Source of the DNA: Bacteroidales bacterium
Lineage (GTDB): Bacteria > Bacteroidota > Bacteroidia > Bacteroidales > Cfx3-03
Reading direction: 5' to 3'
NCBI GenBank assembly: GCA_963663125.2
Contig: CAXXNW010000007.1
Location: forward strand, 1,327,408 to 1,391,407
Length of the DNA: 64,000 bases
Positions 28,636 through 38,199 of this stretch are shown piece by piece. The notes beneath the pieces were generated by a model. The model worked only from the letters and a program-made list of their open reading frames with translations. It searched no databases and had not been told where the DNA came from. The first letter of the stretch is position 1; each line of letters opens with the position of its first letter. Position numbers and translations under genes: made by a program.

Positions 28636-30126
28636 ATGGCAACCCAAATTAATGTACAGAACGACCTTAATGAGCTAAATAACATTTATGAGATATTGGA
28701 TAATATTTCTGATGCTGTTTATGTAATGGGACTTGATCATAACATTATTTGGGCAAACAAGATTTTGTGTAGTCTATTGGGCAAAGAGCATGATGAAATT
28801 GTTGGACAATGTTGTTTCAAGGCAATTCACGATATTGATAAAAACTGTAGTGAATGTCCGGTAGATAAGATATTAGAAACCGGTGAAACCGGAGAGGGGG
28901 AAATGAGTCTGAAAGGGGGAAATATCTTTCATATGAAAAAGATCCCAGTAAAAGATAAAAATGGGAAGATCGTTGGGTTTATTTGTATATCTAAAGATAT
29001 TACTATTCAGAAACGCGCTGATAAGGTTGTTGAACATGAGCAATTGTTGATGAATTGTTTAATGGATAATGTTACAGATAGAATATATTTTAAAGATTTG
29101 GAAAGTAAGTTTATACGTGTAAACAAGGCTATGGCTAAGAGGCATGGAATAGACGATGTCTCTAAAGTTATAGGCTTAACCGATTTTGATTTATTTACAG
29201 AAGAACATGCTCAAAATGCTTTTGATGATGAACAACGTATTATTAATACGGGAATTCAATTTCTGAATATCGAAGAAAAGGAGACCTGGAACAGTGGAGA
29301 AGTATCTTGGGCTTCTACCATAAAAATGCCACTCAAAAATGTTGAGGGGGAAATATTCGGTACTTTTGGAATCTCAAGAGATATTACAGAACGCATAAAT
29401 GCGGAAGAAAAAATACAAAAATATGTTGAAGAACTTAAAGAGTTAAATGCTACGAAAGATAAGTTCTTTTCAATTATTGCGCACGACCTGAAGAGTCCTT
29501 TTAATAATATAATAGGATTTAGTGAATTATTGCTGGATGCGATCAATGAACACGATTTGGCATCTATTGAACACGATGCCAATTTAATTTATTCGGTTTC
29601 TCTTCAGACTTTTAGATTATTAGAAAACCTGCTGGATTGGGCTAACTCAAATAGAGGAAATATGATATATAGTCCTGAAAAATTCTATATAGGCAAAGTT
29701 TTCTATGAAATAGTGGAAAGCCAAAGTGAATTTGCTATTAAAAAGAATATTAATCTGATTAATACTATTTCTGAAGATGTGATGATTTCGGCTGATAAGA
29801 ATATGTTCAGGAGTATTTTGAGAAACCTTATTTCGAATGCTATAAAATTCACTCCCAGAAAGGGAAAAATAATGATATTAACAATTGTGAAAAATGGTTT
29901 CTTAGAGGTTTCTGTTAAGGATAATGGCATGGGAATGTCTGAGGAAATAAAAAACAATCTTTTTAAAATAGGTGTATATCAGTCCACCAAGGGAACTGAA
30001 AAGGAAAAAGGTACTGGTCTTGGGTTAATTCTGTGTAAAGATTTTGTTCATAAACACGGAGGTGAGCTCTGGGTAGAAAGCGAATTAGGAAAGGGAAGTA
30101 CCTTTAAATTTACGTTACCACTATAA
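28636..30126 (+). CDS. Soluble PAS/PAC sensor histidine kinase, paralogous to 17259-19334
   Basis: 496 aa. Two PAS domains, the first with a CSECP motif. H-box FFSIIAHDLKSPFNNIIGFSELL, RNLISNAIKFT, DNGMGM, GTGLGLILCKDFVHKHGGELWVESELGKGSTFKFTLP. Confidence 0.88.
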   Translation: MATQINVQNDLNELNNIYEILDNISDAVYVMGLDHNIIWANKILCSLLGKEHDEIVGQCCFKAIHDIDKNCSECPVDKILETGETGEGEMSLKGGNIFHMKKIPVKDKNGKIVGFICISKDITIQKRADKVVEHEQLLMNCLMDNVTDRIYFKDLESKFIRVNKAMAKRHGIDDVSKVIGLTDFDLFTEEHAQNAFDDEQRIINTGIQFLNIEEKETWNSGEVSWASTIKMPLKNVEGEIFGTFGISRDITERINAEEKIQKYVEELKELNATKDKFFSIIAHDLKSPFNNIIGFSELLLDAINEHDLASIEHDANLIYSVSLQTFRLLENLLDWANSNRGNMIYSPEKFYIGKVFYEIVESQSEFAIKKNINLINTISEDVMISADKNMFRSILRNLISNAIKFTPRKGKIMILTIVKNGFLEVSVKDNGMGMSEEIKNNLFKIGVYQSTKGTEKEKGTGLGLILCKDFVHKHGGELWVESELGKGSTFKFTLPL

Positions 30127-30258
30127 TTATTTCAATAAATATTGCATTTATAATGGATTATGTTTTAAAAAGTTATAGATAAGATTTTTTTTAAACATTT
30201 TACTTTTTCTGGTTTTTATTTGTTGGAATCTCAAAGGAATGATATGATTATACCAACT

Positions 30259-30576
30259 TTAATTGAATTTTTTTTTCTCTTTATAGCGGTAAGCCTCTTT
30301 GATAAACTTTCTAACAATAGGCATTGAGAAAGGACTCAAGGTATCCATGCGTTCAGGATGCCATTGTACCGCTATCAGAAACGATTTTCCTTTAGACTTT
30401 TTCCATTGAATAGATTCAATAATGCTATCATTGGCATAAGCACCCACTTTAAAGGAGGCTGCCAACCTTTTTACCGCCTGATGATGATTCGATGTCACCA
30501 TCCCACTATCCGCCTTACAGATCTCTTTTAACAACGATCCGTTTACCGTATTTACGTTATGAAAGCATTTTAAATA
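30259..30576 (-). pseudogene. C-terminal fragment of a peptidase C26 / class-I glutamine amidotransferase-like hydrolase split by an IS
   Basis: Encodes ...YLKCFHNVNTVNGSLL...SNHHQAV...IAVQWHPE (the His/Glu part of the GATase1 triad). The first 8 codons of the ORF-track ORF (30577-30600) are IS-derived. Confidence 0.8.
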
Positions 30577-32220
30577 GGGTCTGCTGATAAACTCAACCAA
30601 TAATCTTTACGCCAACCTTGCCAGGATTAAGCAGAACGGCTGGTGAAATAATTTGATCATGAATTTCTTCAGCAAACCTCAATATTGATTTCTCAATTGC
30701 CTTTGCTGAAAAACTCTTGAACATTTTCAATAAGAGACAAAGAAGTGCCACCCCGGCCAACTTGACCAGGTTAAGCACCAAAAAGATGCAGGCAATCCAT
30801 GATTCGCTTGTTTCTCTGAGCCTTGCTCGGATACGGTCTAATCCATATGCTGTCTTGGCCTGTCCAAACTTACCTTCGATTGGATTGCGTTCACCCGGAC
30901 TTACGTGTTTGAGCACTGCCGAAGGTCTTCCAAGTGGTTTCGCCAAGAGCTTTATTCCTTTTTCTTTTAACGCTGCCCGGTTTGAACGGGTACAATAAAT
31001 CTTATCTGCTAGAAGTTCTCGGGGATAACATCCAAATCGGGCATGATATCGTTCCACATAATCCATCATGTGGCTTCCTTCATTGAAAGCATCCCAACTC
31101 AATTCATCCAGAAATGAGATACCATCGATAATTGACACATGGATCTTAGCTCCAAACTCTACTTTAGCCTGACTCTTTCCTCGGACGATGGGACGAACAT
31201 GAGGTTGATGAATGCTGACTATGCGGTCTTCAACAGTGTGAGAATGTGAATCGTACATCTTCTTTTGTTGATCATAGACTGTGTTGATCACATAGAGATA
31301 CTTGAGGTCCTTTTTATCCAATGGTATCTGTGGATAAGCACTCAGAAGTCTGTTTATCGAATTTATGTCTCTTCGAAGGAACCGTAGCTGGCTACCATTA
31401 GCCTTACGGATCTCCTTTTGGAACTTGTTCTTCTTTTGAGCTACGTGTAGGTAGCGTCTTCGTGCAACCTTGCGGTATGTCCTTGGCTTTTTTTCATGTA
31501 GCTCAGGATCATAAAGGATGTCAATCAATTGTTCTGCTTTCTTCCTTGCATCGGAGAGCAGGTTCAGATCGGTTGGATAGGCAATATCCTGTGGACAAGC
31601 TGTGGCATCAAAGATTACTCTTCCTCTGTTCTCGCTTCCAGTATTATGATCGGATGGGTCTTGATCCTGGTCAGATGGTTTTGAATCGGTCTTTGAAGCT
31701 TCCAGTTTAGCTTTCAGTGAGATTATCTTATCATTAATTGCGTTCAGGTTATCCATCCCAAGTCTCTTTCGAAACTCAACAAAGAGCGTTGGATCAAAGG
31801 GCTGTGCAGTTGTGAAACTGGAGTATCCAAGAAAGTACTGCATGTACATGTTTTCTCTGATCTGCTCAACAGTTTCTCTGTCGTCAAGATTGCCAAGATG
31901 TTTGATGATCAAAGAACCAATCACAACACGAGGGCTTATTGCCGGTCGTCCCGTACTACTTACACCTACATGTTTAAGGTACATGGCGCACACTTCATCC
32001 CATGGAATGAGGTGTGCTAATACTACCCAACGATTATCTTTAGCTAATTGTTGATCAAAGGGTGTCTGAAATCCTTCCAGTGAGAGCTGATTGGGGCTGA
32101 CATAAAGGGGGGCAGATGCACGCTTTCTTTTGGCTTTTCCCATGATTCCTTGCACTTTGTTGTTCAAATATAATCATAATTATCTTAAGATCAACACAGA
32201 AATAGTTTATCAGCAGACCC
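30577..32220 (-). mobile_element. Intact insertion sequence (1644 bp), IS5/IS1182-superfamily type, with 17-bp perfect terminal inverted repeats and a TAAATA target duplication
   Basis: gggtctgctgataaact (30577-30593) is the exact reverse complement of agtttatcagcagaccc (32204-32220). It is flanked by TAAATA at 30571-30576 and 32221-32226. The IR/TSD boundary is ambiguous by up to 2 nt. A single transposase ORF fills the element. Confidence 0.88.
30593..32143 (-). CDS. DDE transposase (InsH/DUF772-type N-terminal domain plus DDE domain)
   Basis: About 516 aa from the ATG (MGKAKRKR...); the ORF-track TTG start is at 32167. N-terminus NRWVVLAHLIPWDEV...GRPAISPRVVIGSLIIKHLGNLDDRETVEQIRENMYMQYFLGY is typical of IS5/IS1182-type transposases. 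The stop codon lies inside the left IR. Confidence 0.85.
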   Translation of the reverse strand: MGKAKRKRASAPLYVSPNQLSLEGFQTPFDQQLAKDNRWVVLAHLIPWDEVCAMYLKHVGVSSTGRPAISPRVVIGSLIIKHLGNLDDRETVEQIRENMYMQYFLGYSSFTTAQPFDPTLFVEFRKRLGMDNLNAINDKIISLKAKLEASKTDSKPSDQDQDPSDHNTGSENRGRVIFDATACPQDIAYPTDLNLLSDARKKAEQLIDILYDPELHEKKPRTYRKVARRRYLHVAQKKNKFQKEIRKANGSQLRFLRRDINSINRLLSAYPQIPLDKKDLKYLYVINTVYDQQKKMYDSHSHTVEDRIVSIHQPHVRPIVRGKSQAKVEFGAKIHVSIIDGISFLDELSWDAFNEGSHMMDYVERYHARFGCYPRELLADKIYCTRSNRAALKEKGIKLLAKPLGRPSAVLKHVSPGERNPIEGKFGQAKTAYGLDRIRARLRETSESWIACIFLVLNLVKLAGVALLCLLLKMFKSFSAKAIEKSILRFAEEIHDQIISPAVLLNPGKVGVKIIG

Positions 32221-32691
32221 TAAATAATCCTCTTGTTGATGAATTACCTTTTTAGAATAATCGCTTGGAATATCAACAATCAGTGTTCCTCCTTGCGAAA
32301 CATTTAATAACTGTTGACCGCGACAGATACCAACGATGGGAATCTTTAGTTCCAGCGCTTTTTTTATCAGTGCAAGTTCCAATGTGTCACGTTTGGGATT
32401 TGTTGAGCATCTGGCAAGCTCATCGGCTTTTCCGTAATAAGCGGGAAAGACATCTTCACCTCCGGTTAGTATCAATCCGTTACAGTTATTCAGAAGATTC
32501 ACGGCCTGATTTACCGGCATAGATTTCATGTCGATGGTTACTATCGTAGAATCTGCCTGATGAATCCAATTTACATAATTGGGCGAAGCTAGCGATAAGG
32601 CAATCTTCAGGGGAACTATTTTCTGTGCAGCTGCCTCATAAGTTATTAAGCCAAATAGTAAAACCGGTATAATAAAAATAAATCTCTTCAT
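32221..32691 (-). pseudogene. N-terminal fragment of the same peptidase C26/GATase1-like gene
   Basis: Signal peptide, then GLILTGGEDV and IPIVGICRGQQLLNV (nucleophile Cys elbow), up to ...HQQEDYL. The remaining 9 codons of the ORF (GSADKLFLC*) are read from the IS end. Confidence 0.8.
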
Positions 32692-33135
32692 TTTTCTTGT
32701 ATTTATCGTGAGTTATCGGTTATAAAAGTATAAAGTCTGATCGAATTCGCAACTAGATTTTCTTCCGTGTTTATGTCTTGCGAATATGCTCGGTTCATCC
32801 TTTCAATTTTTTTGTTTATTATTATGATGCTGTTTTTATAATTATATCAACCTTTTAAGGTTTGTATTTGTTTTTAAATCCCGATGACATTTTAATAATC
32901 ATAATATCTTTCAGGGTTTTCTTGTTCTGAATTCAGAAGGGATAATATGATAATAGCATAATAAATATGTTAATTTTAAGAATCTAAAAAGGGATTGTGT
33001 TATTATATACTATTCATTATTACAAAACAGAGCCAAAAAAAGTGAAGCAGTAAATGAATGAAAGTCAGTGAAAAGATCGACCATTGGATTTAGAAAAATT
33101 GTGATGGGAATTTCTTTATTTTTACAACTCAAAAA

Positions 33136-33381
33136 ATGATCAATATGGCTTTGGTAAAATGTCCGGAATGTGGTATCAGCGTTTCAGCTGAGGCCGAAAT
33201 GTGTCCTAACTGCGCTTATCCTTTTAGAAGAAGGCGGTGGAGGAGGGAGAAAACCATTATTATTCAAAAATCAGGAGAAGGATGTATTTCTCAGATATTT
33301 AATGCAGGATGTTCACTTATTGCACTTGTTTTACTCTTTATTTTCGGTTTGATATTTCTGGTGACTACCTGTTTCCATTAG
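33136..33381 (+). CDS. Small zinc-ribbon membrane protein
   Basis: 81 aa. CPECG...CPNC zinc ribbon, an Arg-rich linker, and a C-terminal hydrophobic helix (LIALVLLFIFGLIFLV). Confidence 0.5.
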   Translation: MINMALVKCPECGISVSAEAEMCPNCAYPFRRRRWRREKTIIIQKSGEGCISQIFNAGCSLIALVLLFIFGLIFLVTTCFH

Positions 33382-34531
33382 TGCTGTTTCCTCTTTTCTC
33401 CATCTCTTTAAGTGTTTGGTAGGCATTCTCTATAAAGCCCCATCCCATCGTCTTTAAGGTGGTTTCGGTCGACATAATCATTATCACATCATGCTTCATT
33501 ATTTCGTCTTTAAGATTTAATTGACTTGTTTCTAATGGCTTTTTTGTACAGTCGGGATAGACATTTTTGTTGTAATACCAAAAATGATTCTTTCCAAATA
33601 CCCGGGTTATCCCGAATGAATACATCCCCCAATAGAAACTATCCGAAATCACCAATAATGAGGGTTTTGTTTTCCCCTCTCCCGATTCAAATTGTAAAAC
33701 CGGATAGGCCAGTTTCTCCCCTTTCATTCTGAATAATAGATTCATCCCATCTCCAATGTCATAATCACTCTCTTTAGCTTCAGCCATTTTTACTTTTTTC
33801 CAAGAGATATCCGGCATATCTATATTTCGTTTTCTCTCTATATACTTCACGATTGAGTCTGCCGCAATGCTTGAACCATAATAACTCCAATGAATACCAT
33901 GTTTTGGGTAAAGAGGGTATCGGGCATTATACTTATGATCAATAAAATACTTGTTAAAGTCTATATAATTGATGCCGAATTTTTTGGCTAATTTGAGATG
34001 TTCTTCATAGTTTGTCGTTCTCTTTATCGTCTTAAGATTGTCGGGAATATATTCCGGATAGAATGAAGCCTTTCCGGGAGAAAAAACAATCAAAAGTGTT
34101 TTATGAAGTTTTGAAAGTCTGTTTTGAATATATTTCAACCGTGTCATTCGGTGCTCAGTGCTATCAACACCAATAAAGTCAGAACCATAATAGGCATCGA
34201 TATAGTGCTCTTCAAATAGAAATCCTTTCTTTCCAATCACAACTCCTTTCGCTTTCGCCTTTTTGAAAATATTAAACGTCAGTTGATTATTGATCCTTAC
34301 AAACAGACTTCTGAAGCCAAACGATTCGTTAAGATATTTCTCTTGCTGCTCTTGAAAATCACCAGAGAACCATCCTGTTAATGTGAAATCTTGTTTCTCC
34401 GGTGGTGTTATTGCTCCCTTTAACGGCGTTAAATTAAAGGGTGCAAGGAAATACTGAATAGCCGGCAAAGTCAGTAATGCCAGTAATATCAGCAGTAAAA
34501 TTTTTCTCGTTTTTAATGCACGTTTTTCCAT
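33365..34531 (-). CDS. Membrane-anchored AlgX/AlgJ-like (SGNH-like) partner protein of the MBOAT acyltransferase
   Basis: 388 aa with an N-terminal TM anchor. It starts 2 nt after the MBOAT stop. The segment YPKHGIHWSYYG resembles the D/G-x-HW motif of AlgJ/AlgX-type O-acetyltransferases. The assignment relies mainly on context. Confidence 0.45.
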   Translation of the reverse strand: MEKRALKTRKILLLILLALLTLPAIQYFLAPFNLTPLKGAITPPEKQDFTLTGWFSGDFQEQQEKYLNESFGFRSLFVRINNQLTFNIFKKAKAKGVVIGKKGFLFEEHYIDAYYGSDFIGVDSTEHRMTRLKYIQNRLSKLHKTLLIVFSPGKASFYPEYIPDNLKTIKRTTNYEEHLKLAKKFGINYIDFNKYFIDHKYNARYPLYPKHGIHWSYYGSSIAADSIVKYIERKRNIDMPDISWKKVKMAEAKESDYDIGDGMNLLFRMKGEKLAYPVLQFESGEGKTKPSLLVISDSFYWGMYSFGITRVFGKNHFWYYNKNVYPDCTKKPLETSQLNLKDEIMKHDVIMIMSTETTLKTMGWGFIENAYQTLKEMEKRGNSTNGNR

Positions 34532-34533
34532 GG

Positions 34534-35958
34534 TTAAAATCTAAAATAGATAAACGGATTAAATCCAAATGTTGTAATGGCGCCTATGGAGATAACAAGT
34601 AGAACAACGGTTACCGTTGATAATGCTATATGGCGTTGGGTAGAGTAGTCTTTGATGAAGATAGCATCGTGAATCTGTTGACCTCTTTTAAAAATGGTAA
34701 AGAAAGCAAAGAAACCTGCTAAGAGAAAGAAGGTGTAAAATTCAGCATCGAATGAAAGAGCCGGTTTAAAATTAAATGTGAACATTTGTTTCAAATAGGC
34801 AAAGGCATCTCCAATTTTCTCCACTCTGAAGAAAACCCATCCGATGGTTACAATCAAAAAGTTGATCGTTGTACTTGCCCATTTACCTATTTTAACATAA
34901 AAATCTTGAAGGAACATTCGTTCAAGTACTAAAAAGAAGCCATGATAGGCCCCCCATAAAACGAAGCTCCATGAGGCTCCATGCCATAATCCGGATGCCA
35001 GAAAGACAAACCAGAGGTTAAAGTATAAACGTCTTTTTGTTTTAACTCTGTTTCCACCCAATGGGATGTAAAGGTAATTACGCATCCAACAGCCCAGTGA
35101 AATATGCCAGCGTCGCCAGAACTCAGTGATACTTCTTGAAGTATAGGGGTTGTTGAAGTTTTCGGGAAATTTAAAACCAATCATTTTGGCTAAGCCGATA
35201 GCCATATCAGAATAGCCTGAGAAGTCGAAATAGATTTGGAAAGTATAGGCCAGAATACCGATCCATGCAGTATATGTGTCCAAACCCATATAATTCATTC
35301 CGAAGATAGTATCGGCTTGCTGCCCCATGTGATTTGCAATTAGTACTTTTTTTGCCAACCCAATGGCAAAACGATAGAAACCGGTAAGCCTGTTATCGAT
35401 GGTTTCATTTTCCGAGCGATCGGTAATCTGATCGGCTAAATCATGATATCTGATAATAGGTCCGGCAATGAGTTTTGGAAACAGGATGATATAGAGTTGA
35501 TAATCCCAGAAATTGGTTAACGGCTTGTGGACTTTTCGATAAACATCAACAACATAGGTTATGGTTTCGAAAGTATAGAAAGAAATTCCAAGAGGGAGTG
35601 CCAGTTTTGTCCATTGGATGTTCTTGTCGCCAAAAACAGTTAGAAGCGAATTTACATTCTCAATGAAAAAATTTGAATATTTAAAGTAAAAGAGCAGACC
35701 AAGATTGATAGAAACCGAGAAGGTGAGTAAAGATCGACGATACAGTCTACTTTGCGTATTCGACATCCACTTTACTAGGTAAAAATCTATAAATGAGATA
35801 CCTAAAACAACGAATATAAATTTAGGAGCGCCCCAACTATAAAAGAAGATACTGAAAATAAGGATAACAAGGTTTTTGTATTTCTTGTCGGCCAAGTAAT
35901 ACATCAATAAGAATACAGGTAGAAAGAATAGAAGAAATGCAATGCTACTGAAAACCAT
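34534..35958 (-). CDS. MBOAT-family membrane-bound O-acyltransferase (AlgI/DltB-like)
   Basis: 474 aa, polytopic. FWRRWHISLGCWMRNYLYIPLGGN and SGLWHGASW (the conserved MBOAT His region). Confidence 0.88.
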   Translation of the reverse strand: MVFSSIAFLLFFLPVFLLMYYLADKKYKNLVILIFSIFFYSWGAPKFIFVVLGISFIDFYLVKWMSNTQSRLYRRSLLTFSVSINLGLLFYFKYSNFFIENVNSLLTVFGDKNIQWTKLALPLGISFYTFETITYVVDVYRKVHKPLTNFWDYQLYIILFPKLIAGPIIRYHDLADQITDRSENETIDNRLTGFYRFAIGLAKKVLIANHMGQQADTIFGMNYMGLDTYTAWIGILAYTFQIYFDFSGYSDMAIGLAKMIGFKFPENFNNPYTSRSITEFWRRWHISLGCWMRNYLYIPLGGNRVKTKRRLYFNLWFVFLASGLWHGASWSFVLWGAYHGFFLVLERMFLQDFYVKIGKWASTTINFLIVTIGWVFFRVEKIGDAFAYLKQMFTFNFKPALSFDAEFYTFFLLAGFFAFFTIFKRGQQIHDAIFIKDYSTQRHIALSTVTVVLLVISIGAITTFGFNPFIYFRF

Positions 35959-36228
35959 TTATTATATTTTTTAACATGATTTGGTTTTTAATTTCTCAGG
36001 GTAAATCTCCCATCGCTTATGGCGATGAAGAAAATATAATCCAACAGGATACTCCGTTATTGCGACGGAGCGTTTCATTGGGCAAAGGTATAATTTGAGC
36101 GAAAGCAAAAAGTAGTTTAAACAAAAATGATGCACAAAAGACTAAAGAATGAATCGGCCTTGAATATTATAAAGTGGAGTTTAGGTTGGTTAACTTCTAA
36201 AGTGCCTAAAAAAGTTCCGATCATATTT

Positions 36229-37596
36229 CTACAATTTTTTCAAAAAGAGATCACCTTGTTTTAATTTTTTAGTTTGCCACAAAAGAACCAATAAGGTTAG
36301 CAAGGAGGATATAAAATCGGCGGTGGGTGAGGCAAGCCATACTCCGTTAAGCCCGAAGAAGTGTGGAAGGATTAAAAGTGCAGGAATGAGGAATAAGATC
36401 TGACGTGTTAATGAAAGGAATATAGAAATTTTTGCCTTACCAATAGCCTGAAAGAAATTTGAGGTTACAATCTGAAATCCAACAATGGGAAACATTAAAA
36501 GATTTAACCTCATCCCAGTGGCTGCCAGATTAATAAGTTCGTTGTTTGTTGTGAAAGCTGAAGCTATCAGTTTCGGAAAGCATTCGGCAAACAAAAAACC
36601 TACACAAGTTACAATCGTTCCGGCAAAAATAGTCAGTTTAAAAGTTCTGGTAACACGATGAACTTGGCGTGCCCCAAAGTTATATCCTACTATTGGTTGC
36701 ATCCCCTGATTAAAACCGATAACAATCATCACCGCGAGATTCGCCATACTGTTTATTATGCCAAAAGCGCCAATTGCAAAGTCACCTCCGTAATTTCTCA
36801 AGCTAAGATTCACAATGGTGATTACTAAACTACCACATATAAGCATAAAGAAATTAGACATCCCAATAGAGATGATATCTTTGATAATCACTTTCTTAAA
36901 TTTCAGGTACCCTGGCAGAAAATGTACAAAACTGCTTTTCTTAAAAAAATGAAGAACTACCAATATTGTACCTATTATTTGGGCACAAACAGTAGCAAAA
37001 GCTGCTCCACGAATCCCCCATTTGAAAACGAAAATAAATATCGGGGCAAGAGCAAGATTAACTGCTACCGTGATAAGCGTGGCGATCATTGCCTTGTCGG
37101 GATACCCGGATGCCCGTAGAACATTGTTGAGGCCTAAATAAAGATGTGTGAAGATATTGCCCAATAATATTACCTCCATGAATTTTCTTGCATAGGGGAG
37201 CGTGCCTTTACTCGCACCCAGCGAAATGAGAATCGGCTCAAGAAACACGAGCGTAACAATAGCAACAATAATGCTTATTGTGATATTTAGCATAACGGAA
37301 GTGCCAAGAATCTGTGTAGCTCCCTTTCTGTCGTGCTGCCCAAGACGGATCGATATCATAGTGCCGGCGCCAACTCCAACCATGGCGCCAAAGGCGGCGG
37401 TAATATTCATCAGGGGGTAAGTTAATGCTAACCCTGAAATAGCCAACGGACCTACCCCATGCCCGATAAAGATTCTATCGATAATGTTATAAAGAGAGGC
37501 TGCCGCCGTTGCAATAATGGCAGGAACAGAGTACTGTAAAAGTAACTTCCCGATTTTCTCTGTACCCAACTCATTGGCATTGCCTCTTATAGCCAT
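36229..37596 (-). CDS. MATE-family efflux transporter
   Basis: 455 aa with 12 hydrophobic helices. The N-terminus LLLQYSVPAIIATAAASLYNIIDRIFIGHGVG is typical of MATE/NorM-like proteins. Confidence 0.85.
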   Translation of the reverse strand: MAIRGNANELGTEKIGKLLLQYSVPAIIATAAASLYNIIDRIFIGHGVGPLAISGLALTYPLMNITAAFGAMVGVGAGTMISIRLGQHDRKGATQILGTSVMLNITISIIVAIVTLVFLEPILISLGASKGTLPYARKFMEVILLGNIFTHLYLGLNNVLRASGYPDKAMIATLITVAVNLALAPIFIFVFKWGIRGAAFATVCAQIIGTILVVLHFFKKSSFVHFLPGYLKFKKVIIKDIISIGMSNFFMLICGSLVITIVNLSLRNYGGDFAIGAFGIINSMANLAVMIVIGFNQGMQPIVGYNFGARQVHRVTRTFKLTIFAGTIVTCVGFLFAECFPKLIASAFTTNNELINLAATGMRLNLLMFPIVGFQIVTSNFFQAIGKAKISIFLSLTRQILFLIPALLILPHFFGLNGVWLASPTADFISSLLTLLVLLWQTKKLKQGDLFLKKL

Positions 37597-38199
37597 AAAA
37601 ATGATTTTTTCTAAGTAAGGTGCAAAGGTACGGCTTATAAGTTGACGGGTGTGACTTGAAAGGATAATTATTAGTTATTTCTCTATATCGGTTCATTGAT
37701 TAAAAATATTACTATATTCTTCCATAAGCAATTTTTCGGAACGATAAGTAGTTGATGGAGGAGCGTAAGTGATTGATTTTTTTGTCCACTTGCTGAATAC
37801 AAAGTAGGTCTGAACCATCTACCTATTGACTACTACTTTTCACATCTCCGATGGTAAATTCATGATGATATTTGAATCTGGGTATGTGATTATTTTTTTC
37901 CTTTAAACCCGCAAGAAAATATCAGGATTTTTAATATCATTAAATTTTATTTAATTACATTTATAAACAAAAAAATTGCATTTACAGTTCGAACTCAACA
38001 AATTGTTTCTAATGCACAGCTTAAAGACATACATAGATAAGCTATTAAAAATGTGTGATTTAAATAGCGATAATTTATTGGAACCAAACGACATTACGTG
38101 TCTACTTTTGATCAGATCCCACTTGTATTTAGCTACTAACTTCGTCAACGGACTGTATAAAAACCACGCTTAATATAAAAATTCAGCAGAAACAAACTT

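Noticed and set aside
37597-38199. A cobalamin riboswitch in the 603-nt non-coding region upstream of the corrinoid operon.
   Set aside because: I could not find a B12-box-like core (GCCACTG-type) or the surrounding conserved stems on either strand. The region looks like plain AT-rich promoter DNA. A covariance-model scan (Rfam RF00174) would settle it.
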